64,000 nt of DNA from Leucoraja ocellata. Lineage: Eukaryota. The DNA lies in contig JAWMAR010000026.1 of NCBI GenBank assembly GCA_036785375.1, positions 8,432,001-8,496,000 on the forward strand, written 5' to 3'. The notes beneath the pieces are model-generated. The model was given only the letters and a program-made list of their open reading frames with translations. It was not told the DNA's origin and did not search any database. The translations under genes were made by a program, and so were the position numbers. Each line of letters opens with the position of its first letter. Position 1 is the first letter of the stretch. Below are positions 40,886-51,500 of the stretch, piece after piece.

Positions 40886-43549
40886 ACACGTATGATAATG
40901 CAGATACATTCGAACGACACTCGGACTTTCTCCCAATTATTACCTTGGTTTGGCTTCCAAATGTTACTGCAAGTCAAATTGCCTGGAGAACAAAATAAAT
41001 TTCCTCGGCAAACATAACTGTTGTAGGCACATTTATGTACGTTATGATATTTATGGAAGCACTGAGATAAAACGAAGAATTTAGTGAAGGGATAGGCCAT
41101 ATGATCCTTCGAACATGCTTGGTCGTTCAGTATGATCATGACTGAACTTGCAAATGCAATGTCTTGCTCCTGTTTTCTCCCGATGTCCATTGATCCCAGA
41201 TAGTTGTTTCCTGCTGCAGGTCTCTATCATGTTATAACAAAATGTACTCCATTGTTAATGTATTTACGCATTTGGATTCGAGTGATTTATGATATAGATA
41301 AATATGTAGATGTTCTCAACTCCCAGAGAAGAACGCGGTCCTCACCACAGTCAGAAGTGGATTTTCCCTTATTCTTTGACAATGATCCCTGGTACTGATT
41401 TTCCCATCAATCGGGAACAAACTTACTCCATCATATCTTTCCTAGACCGTGGATATTTAAGCGTTCTGTGGGCTACCTTCTTAGGCTTCCATATTTTAAC
41501 CTAAGTGCCCCAATTTAATCCAATGCATACGTCAGTCTGGACGCAGTCTACCAGTCTGTTGAAATCTCACTGAACTCACACCACCACAAGAAGATCTGTT
41601 CACAGTCAAATGTACAAAAATACACTCAACTCTCAAGGAGAGCAATCAGCAATATCTATACAACTGCATCGAGACAATGCTTCTTCTATTGTGGAATCAT
41701 CTTGATATGAAGACCATTCTATAATGTGCCTCCTTCGTTGCTTGCTGCGACTGTATGCCCAGCTTTACTGCGTTTCATAATCTATCGGGTTTCAGCCAAT
41801 GATCGTCCTTCTTGTCATTATCACGGAAGTTGAAACCCTCGCATTTATTAAGATTGCACTCCATCCGCCGTGAATCTGTCCTTTATCTCAATATGAAGCT
41901 TCTCAGCATCCACCTGAGTGCTCAACCTCTCACACAGTTTGATGCTGTCGATAAACAGCTATATAATTCCATGATCTAATTATCAATATATATCGTGACT
42001 AGCTGAAATCCCAGCAATGAGCTCGATTGTACCCTGCTACTCGATGCCTGCTACTATGGTAAAACAGATCTGTTTATCTTCACTCTTTCTTTTCTGTTGG
42101 CCAACTAATTGCTGATTACTCTCAGCATGCTAACCTTTAATTTGTTCTAGTCAGTTCGGTAAGATTTTACTGAAATGCTTCAGGTCGTATGAATACACTA
42201 AAACGACGGACTCCCCCTCACATATTCTGTCAGTAAATTCCTCAAAAATACGATAGACTTGTCAAGCATAACCGCTGTTTTACAAATTGACGTTTGCTTT
42301 GACCGGTCGCTTTCCCCATTCTAATTGTTAACTCCCTTTGCTCAATTACTTGCAAAGCAATTTTGTTAAGTTTTATTTTGGTGGTGCCTTTTGGGTCGAC
42401 GAGATTTATTGGTGCCAGTCACCTTCATTCTCCAGTACTGCTTTCACTTAGTTCCTTGCTTCGACTAGACAAGATGTTTCTCACATAGCTCCAGGGCCCT
42501 TTTAAATACTCCATTAAAGCTAATCAAATGGCATATTTAATTGTCCTGCTATGACTGTTTTATGAATTGATAATTCAAACCCTGTATAAATGACACTGGT
42601 CCCGACTGTAGGTACTTAAAATTTCCATAATCTATGTTCCCTCTTCACACGCACGCACATACGCAGACACTTATACATAGAAGGTTTTGATGTCAGTGGT
42701 TAAATATCCGTCAGCTTCATCTTATATTCTACATCCACCCTTCTAACTGCCCTTAACCTCGTAGGTGAAGCCTAAAGTTCTCATAATCCCCAACTTTGCT
42801 ACGTTTTCCAGCCACATTTTATTACTGCTCGTTGGATGTCTTCGGGCTATATTGTGGAATTCCTCGGTATTGGCGCAATAGAGAGGAACTGATTTAGGTG
42901 TTTCCGTAAAAAAACAGCACTCAGTAGTGAAACTGAGGTCTCCAAACTTCCAGAATATTTCCTTGTTTTTTTATGTAATATTCTCATTGTTTCATATCCT
43001 GTATTTTAAGTAGTATAAATCATGGAGTATAGCCAAAATAATGAAATGAAGCAAAAATAAATAAATCTATTTTCACAAAGAAAAAAAAGCAGATATATCC
43101 CTGTGTTCTTGCCTTTTTTGTGACATTTTGCAAGCAACATTTGATTTCATCAAATCCTACAGCTAATGTATACCAGAGAGATTGCATTAATTTTACAATT
43201 AAATAAGTCAAATTCTGATTATGCTTATGATTTTTATAATTTATCACCCGATAAGATGATTTTCTGATACCCCAAGTTTTTGCAACAGAACGTGAGCGTC
43301 CATTTGGTCACGTGTGAAGTGTGTGAATTAAAACCAGTAACAGTATATGTTTTAATTGTTTATCTTTTGTGTTTAAGCTTTCCACTGAAATACGTAATAA
43401 TGAATAGAACTTCAAATCATGCATTAAAAATCTAGTTTGCTCAAATATTATAGCGATGTTTAATTCTGTGTGTTGTCCAGCCCCCCCCCCCCCCACGTCC
43501 CCCTTCCCCCGTTGAGTAACGTCGTGAATACTATATATTGCGCTATAAC

Positions 43550-43580
<31 letters not shown>

Positions 43581-43884
43581 GGTACCGAGATCTCGTAAGG
43601 GAGCTTCAAAATCAGTAAGTGTCCCATTTGTCTTATATGTTTTAAGTGTTGACAGTATTACATTTTGGTAAACCTTTGGTCGATTGTCTGATCATTTATC
43701 GTATTTCTATCGACGTTAAGGGGGGTAACGTATATCAGAGTAGAACATCTCTCATTAAAATTCCCTGCTCACTGCTGATTCTCTTGTAAATGCTAATGTA
43801 TCTGTACAATCTGTGACCCAATGTTAGTAAGGTTTATGGAATTGAAATTGGATGAACGTTAATGAACGTTTGATGATTTCGCAG

Positions 43885-44190
43885 CTATATTAAAATCTTC
43901 ATTCCTGCATATTCTGTTACATTATTCTTCTCCGTTCTTGGGTCTTTCGGAGAAGCGATGAGATCCAGAGTAGCATTGGTCAGCTTATTTTCAGACACTT
44001 CTTTGACCTATCGAAAAATAATCAGAGATCATTAGCTGCCGATTCGCCTATATGGACGACGTACGCGAATTTATATTGGAGCACCCTTCCGCTTTTATCT
44101 TACCTGGGCATTGGTAGTTTGTTTTTCGTGCCGTCTGTTTTTCTCAGTTTTCCTCTGTCCGCTGACGTTCAAATCTGCACACGTCGCATT
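43885..44190 (-). pseudogene. Vestigial B2 tail exons (44104-44190 and 43885-44007) with mutated ITIM/ITSM tyrosines
   Basis: NATCADLNVSGQRKTEKNRRHEKQTTNAQ|VKEVSENKLTNATLDLIASPKDPRTEKNNVTEYAGMKILI*; same lengths and splice sites as B1, but downstream of the stop/frameshift. Confidence 0.8.
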
Positions 44191-44819
44191 CTGAGGGAAC
44201 ATATATTGGAAGAGAAATAAACTCCGCATTTACAAACAACTGCGAAGACGAGGAAACATAAAACAATGGGGTGAAAGTTGGTTGTGCTATACGCTATAAA
44301 CGGCTACTTCCCTGGGATAAGAGCCCTAAAAAGTAATTGAAGTAATTGGTTTGCTTTTCCTGAATAATTAGTGACTATTAGCCAAATCTTGACACGTGTG
44401 GTGCAGAACACTGACCGGAAGTTTGTTGGATGATAACTTCTGGGAAAATATCCAGGTGGCGCGGTTTCTGGGCTCAGACATGTTAGCAATATTTTCCGTC
44501 ATATATCAGTACGAGCTACTGCACAAAAAATGTCGTGTGAGTTTCGAATTAGAACAGGATGGGCCTCGGTGATGATGCTTCACGGAGTGTTTAATTCGCT
44601 TGACACAGACGGGTTATACATAAACTGAAGGTAGAGAATAGGCGGCGTTTCGGGTCGAGACTCTACCTCAGTTTGATCAGTCTGAAGAAGGGTATCGACC
44701 CGAAACGTCGCCTATTGCTTCTCTTCATAGATGCTGCCTCGCAGGCTGAGTTTCTCCAGCATTTTTGACTACCTTTGATTTTTCCAGCATCCGAAGTTCT
44801 TTCTTAGACATAAACTGAA

Positions 44820-45355
44820 AGTTAACATGCAGGTATTAGGTGTCCTAGTTTGAGGAAGGACATTATTGGTATTGTGAGAGTGCAGCGTTGGTTCACCAGT
44901 TTAATTTCCGGGATGGCGTGACTGATATATGACGAAAGAATGGATCGACTGGGCTTATATTCACTGGAATTTAGAAGGATGCGTCATCAAACATATAAAA
45001 CTATTCAGGGATTGGACAGGCTAGATGCAAGAAAATGTTCCCCTTGTTGGGGGAGTCCAGAATCAAGAGTCACAGTTTAAGAATATGGGGTAGGCCATTT
45101 AGGACTGAGATAAGGACACACGTTTTCACCCAGAGAGCTGTGAATCTGTGGAATTCTCTGCCGCAGAAGGCAGTGGGGGCCAGTTCACTGGATGCATTCA
45201 ACAGAGAGTTGGATATAGCTCTAGGGTCTAGGGATATGGGGAGAAATCAGGTACAGGGTACTGATTCTGGATGATCAACCATGATCATATTAGATGACGG
45301 TGCTGGCTCGAAGGGTCCAATGGCCTACTACTGCACCTGTTTTATATGTTTCTAT
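44820..45355 (+). mobile_element. CR1-type LINE 3' fragment, block 2 only
   Basis: ORF 45035-45274 ([17 protein letters not shown]); tttctatg tail. Confidence 0.8.
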
Positions 45356-45559
45356 GTAACTGTTTGGGAGAAAGATTCGCAAGCGCTGGTCGCTGACGAT
45401 CATGGACTATACCATAAGAATACGGGAGGATAAGAAAAATTGCAAACGAGACACATAGAGAGTTTCACGAAAAATGGAACCATCCTGTTCGCCCATCAAT
45501 GTGATTATAATTACAGGCGTCCATTTGCAGAACATGATACGACAGGTTATACAAGAAAA

Positions 45560-48500
45560 TCACTTGTTTCCAAAGTAGTGGGTTATGTCCACAATATGTT
45601 CTGGGGCTAGCAGAGAACATAAACAACCAAATTTAATTATCAACATGTCACAACCTGCCGGCCGATAATCAGTTGAGAATCGATTTGTGACCAGATTCGT
45701 TCGGCTGCAGAATGTGATCATTGCGGTCATGCTATTCTTGTTATTTGAACAAATCCTCTCCTCGTTAGTCCTACTGCTGAGGAAAAGCGCGTGGAAAAGT
45801 TCAAAACCTCTGGTTTGAATACGCTCTCCTGTGATAACTGCCCTTATTTAAACAACCCGACCTTTGCAGCATTTCACATAATGTTAACAGCGCCATCTTG
45901 TATTACAAACGATAACAATGCTTTTACAGCCAACGGACATAATGCTACGGCCGGAGAAAAAGGCCCTGGTGTTTAAATCGTTACATGAGCTCATCTCGTT
46001 GCTCCTTCAATTGAACATTGTTATTTTCGGAGAAAACACGAAATGTTGTAGTTATTCAGCGGGTTAGGCATCGTCTACGGGGATCATCGGTAGATGAAGT
46101 TTCGGGTCAGGACCCTTCTTTACACGTGACTCAAACCCAACCCCCCCTATCCATTGCCTCTCCAGATGCTGCATAAATAGCCGAATTATTCCAGCACTGC
46201 GTTTTGCATCTGCAGTTCCTCATGTCGCAAATCTCAGACAAGGGTGAAGTCGCATCTTACCTTCAGTACTGTCTAATTCGTACCACCTGACAAAAAATAC
46301 CACCGCTAGAATAATTAACACGCATATGGCAAATCCACCCGCCCGAAAGTAGATGAGTTTAAGGCTTGTTCCTAAAGGGAAATGAAAGCTGAATATTAGA
46401 ATTTTTCAGAGAGGTTATCTTCATTAAATAATCAGATTACACGAAACAGGGAATTACAGGATGGGTTCCACATTTTCTCTCATCTCTCAAATGCATGACT
46501 GCTACACAACATTCCATCTGCCACTTGTTTACACTCACGCTCCCAAGCTGTCCAAGTCCTTCTGCAGACTCCCTGCTTCTTCAACACTATCTGCACCTAT
46601 CTTCATATCATCGGAAAACCTGCCGACAAAGCCATCAATTTCATCCTCTAGACAATTAACATATAATGTAAATTGTAGCAGACTCAACACCGACCCCTGC
46701 AGAATACCAGTATTAAAACGTAGCTAACCACAAAAGGCCCCTTTATTGCCACGGTTTGTCTTCAGCCAGCAAGCCAATCTTCAATCCGTGATAATTCCTA
46801 ATGCCATGCGATTCTATTTTGTTTAGCGGTCTCACATAAGGCACCTTATCAAAGGCCTACTGAAATTCTGTGAACGACGCCATTGGTTTTCTTCACTACC
46901 TGCTGTACCTGCACGCCAACTTTCAGTGAATGGTGTACAAGGACACCCAGGTCACGCTGTACCCCCTTACCTAACCTAAACCCATTGAGATAATAATCTG
47001 TCCCCTTGTTTTTGCCACCAAAGTTGGTAACCTAATATTTATCTATATTATACTGCATCTGCCACGCATCTGCCCACTCACTCAACCTGCCCAGGTCAAC
47101 CTGCAACGTCCTAACATCCTCTTCACAGTTCACACTGCCACCCAGCTTTGTGTCATCTGCAAACTTGCTAGTGTTGCTCCTAATTCCCTCTTCCAAATCA
47201 TTAATATATATGGTAAACAGTTGCGGCACCAACACCGAGCATTGCGGCACTCCACTCGTCACTGCCTGCCACTCTGAAAAGGACCCGTTCACTCCTACTC
47301 TTTGCTTCTTGTCTGCCAACCAATGTTCTATCCATGTCAATACCCTACCCCCAATATCATGTGCTCTAATTTTAGTCACCAGTCTCCCATGCGGGACCTT
47401 ATCAAAGGTTTTCTGAAAGTCTAGATACACTACATCCACTGCCTCCCCTTCATCCATTTTACTTGTCACATCCTCAAAAAATTCCAGAAGCTTAGTCAAG
47501 CATGATTTTCCTTTCATAAATCCATGCTGACTTGGATTAATCATTTTACTGCTATCCAAATGCTCCATTATTACCTCTTAATGATTGACTCCAGCATCTT
47601 TCCCACCACCGAAGTTAGGCTAACTGGACTGTATATCCACGTTTTCTCTCTCGCTCCGTTCATGAAAGGTGGGATAACATTAGCTATCCTCCAATCCACA
47701 GGAACTGATCCTGAATCTATTGAACATTGGAAAATGATCACCAGCGCGTCCAATATTTCTAGAGCCACCTCCCTGAGGACCATGGTATGCAGAACATCGC
47801 CTAATTATAATTTATTTCAGTTCCTCTACCCCCCTTTGATCCTCTGTCCTCCAGTACTTCTGGGAGATTGTTTGTGTCTTCCTTAGTGAAGACAGATCCA
47901 AAGTACCTGTTCAACTCCTCTGCCATTTCCTTGGTGCCCATAATAATTTCACCCGTGTCTGCCTTCTGATTTTGCTACTCTTTTTCCCTTAACATATCTA
48001 AAGAGGCTTTTGCTGACCTTCTTTATGTTCCTGGCCAGCTTCCCCTCGTACTTCATCTTTTCAGCCGTATTGCCCGTTTTGTTTCCTTCTGTTGTCCAAT
48101 GAAAGTTTCCCAATCCTCCGGCTTCCGACTACTCTTTACTGCGTTATGCATCTTTTCTTTTAATTTTATTCTATCCCTAACTTCTCTTGTCAGTCGCGGT
48201 TGCCTCCTATTCCCCTTAGAATCTGTCTTGAAATGTCTGGGAGCACAGAACATATCAGACCGTTCAGAGGAACGCACATCAGCCGGAATTATCGCTTATC
48301 CGTATTATATGTATAACCTTTCGAACATTTTCTTATTTCTCCTTTCCTTTCATTTTCCTCTTCTGTTTGAATCTCATCACAGATCAGCAACGATGGAAAA
48401 ATAAATCATCTGAGTTAATGAAAAATAAATCATCTGTTTTAATGCTATAAAATCTGCCTTGGCCTCTGTCTTGTGGTATTGGTCCCTTGGAACTTGAAAT

Positions 48501-51500
48501 ATTTTGGATTTAGTCTGCAATGTTACAGCGTTAAGACTGAAAATTAATTTGCATATAAACAGAAAACAATGCCCTTATTATGCAGGGAAACAGCTTTACA
48601 AGTATGTGCTCGTTGGTGTTCTGTGTGCAGTCCTGGTCATCCTGCCTATACGTAGCATGTCATTATGTTGGAAAAGGTGCAGAAAGGATTCATCAGCGTA
48701 TTACTTTGATGGCTTGATTTATCCGGTAATGCTGAGCAGGTTGTAACCTCTTCCCGTGAGGCATGGGATGTTTACCTAATTGAAATATATAAAATTATGA
48801 TGGGCGTAGAGAAAGTGAATGCTTACAGTCGTTTTTGCCAGGGTAATGGATTCTTAACAGGGAAGGTTACGAGGTTCCCAAGGGGCAATTTCTTTCCGAG
48901 GAAGCTTCAGAAGCGTATTCAATTGTGGATTTTCAAATGATATTGGATAGATATTTGGATAGGAAAGATTTAGAGGGGAAATGGTCAAATGGGTCCAGTC
49001 CAGAATGCCAACTTGCTTGGCGTGGACGAGGCGGGCCGAAGGGCCTTGCTTCCATGCTGTAGAGCTCTATATAATCGGAGATAAACAGCGAGTTCCAGCG
49101 TCCGCTATTACACAAACATGCAAACACAATTGTCATCTTTGCGCGATATCTCTTACTAACCCGTATCTAGTTTCGTAGACTGTCATACCTTTCCATTTCA
49201 ACAAAGACATGCCCGCAATCTCCATCCAAATACTTAAAAACGGTCTGGCGTACGTTTTGGGTGGGAATTCATGAAATGCCTTGACATAAAACAGTGATAT
49301 ATCTCAGGACGTTATTGAAGGTATAAACCTCATACCCATTCCAGGAAAACTGTAAGTTTCAACGGTCGGAACCAGGAGGGTGACGTGAGACACGTGGCAA
49401 CTATAATTCGATCGGCGATCCACTACATGCAGGAAGCTGGAAGCAACGTATAATCCCTCGTCGTTCCGTATTGTAGTGGTACTTATTCCAGAAGTGATTT
49501 CTTGGTCATCTTTATACCAGGTGAGTTTACAGTCCTCCGGGAAAAACGGAGCAGTCGTACAGTTTAGGGCCAGGGAAGGAACGTTCACCTGTTTAATCTT
49601 CAAAGGCGTCGGTGACACTGCAAACAATTTAAGACAAATGAGTTAGTACCCCTATATCTTTATTTAGAAGACAATGTAATCGCTTTCGAAATGGATAATA
49701 CCATACCTTTTTGGGCGTTCCTTTAATAGTAAATTATTTTGACTATGTTGTTGGAAATATATAGTAGAGTAAACACTTGTTATAACGCAGTTGGCCAGGA
49801 CCACTATATATGAGCGCTATGTGAGGCGGGTGTCACCACCCATCACCTTCCCCAACGGCTTCATTCTGCCCATGCGACGAATGGAGAAACTATCGGCAAG
49901 GACGGCTGAGTCTGGGGAAGAGGGGTGAGCCAAGTCTCTGTGAAAGAGAGCACAGAGCATTCGGTCATCTCTCTTTGTTAAAGCTACCTTGCCTCCGAGA
50001 TTTCCTGGTCATGGGGGATTCACTTTTGTTTTGTGCCTAACAGTTTTAGTTTATTATCACGTGTACCGAGCCACCGTGAAATGCTTTTTGTTGTGTGTTA
50101 TTCAATCAGCGAAATTACCACACATGATTACAATCAAGCCGTCCACATTGTACAGATTCAGGATTACCGGAGTCTGTTTAACTCAAGATAAAGTCCAGTA
50201 AAGTCCGATAAAAATATAGTTTGAGAATCTCCAGTAATGTAGGTAGAATCTCCAGTAAGGTAGATGGACTTGACCTCTTTAGTTGGTGATAGGACGGGTT
50301 TGGGTATCTGCTGGGAAAGCAATGTTGCTACACCAGACAAGGCAGAGTTCAAGGTGGTACAATCAAACGGAAAATTGCGTTAATGAAATCATAAATTTAG
50401 TTCTGTTTGTATTATATGTGAAACATGCTGAAAGACAGAAGCAGCTTTATGTATGCGTGGAAGTCTTCTGAGGGACAACGCGCAGAATAATTTGCACGTT
50501 TGACATAATGTGTAGTATCTCGTGTTACCCGGGTAATAACTAAAGTTTTGAGTGAAAAGGGTATTTTTAGGAGCAACAATAAACAATACTGGGAATCTGT
50601 GGGAAGATCCGATCAAGTTTGAAAAACGTTCTGCAGAGTTGTATTTAAGATGAACTTTTAATAGTAGTCTGATAAATCTTAATAGGATAAACGACGAAGA
50701 CACCTTAGTTTTAGTGTACATAATAAAGGTAAAAAGGGAAATCGGGTGGCAGGCAGGGCGGTGGGGGGGGGGGGGGGGGGGAGTAGTTAATTTAGAATGT
50801 GGTGATGCGAGTTAACACATCGGTTGTGTCTTATAATGGAATAAATCTACAGACGCCGAGAATCGATGAAACAAGACATCAAATTAAGAGTGTATCAACA
50901 GAGGAATCGCATGTAAATACCTATATGAAGACTAGTGGATGACTCATATTGTGGCTATATTTGAGGGCTGCAAGCAAAAGTCTGGGAACTGTAAACCAGT
51001 CTGTGGTAGGAAGGCCACTGGAAATGATTCAGAGGGATAAATTATGTTCCGCATTTGATTAAAAAGGAGCTGATGGGGGGGGGGGGGGGGGGGGGGCATT
51101 TAATAGAATGAAATGTTTAGCAACATCCATTACTTAACTCCAAATAGGACACCATCTCAAAAGGCAAAGGAGCGTCACCATTATGCTCCCGTCCACGTAA
51201 CAAAAGCATTATCTCCACATCGGAGGGTAAATCATTGATCTCCATCCCAAACTGATCTACGCAAGTGCTCTCACCAGAAAATATCCGCGGATCTTTCACA
51301 AGTAGTGATCGGAAATGTACTGGAAGCAGAGCTAATCAGACCGTGAAAAATAAATTAAATGAACACCTGGTGGAAAGCAATTGAAGCGTTCCAAGAAAAA
51401 AAGGGAGCATGGGACTGACAATCCCTGGTGGCGGCCAGGTAATTGATCTCTCAATTGCAACGCAAACTTCTTTTCCTCGGTTATTGTAATTTGATGTGGT

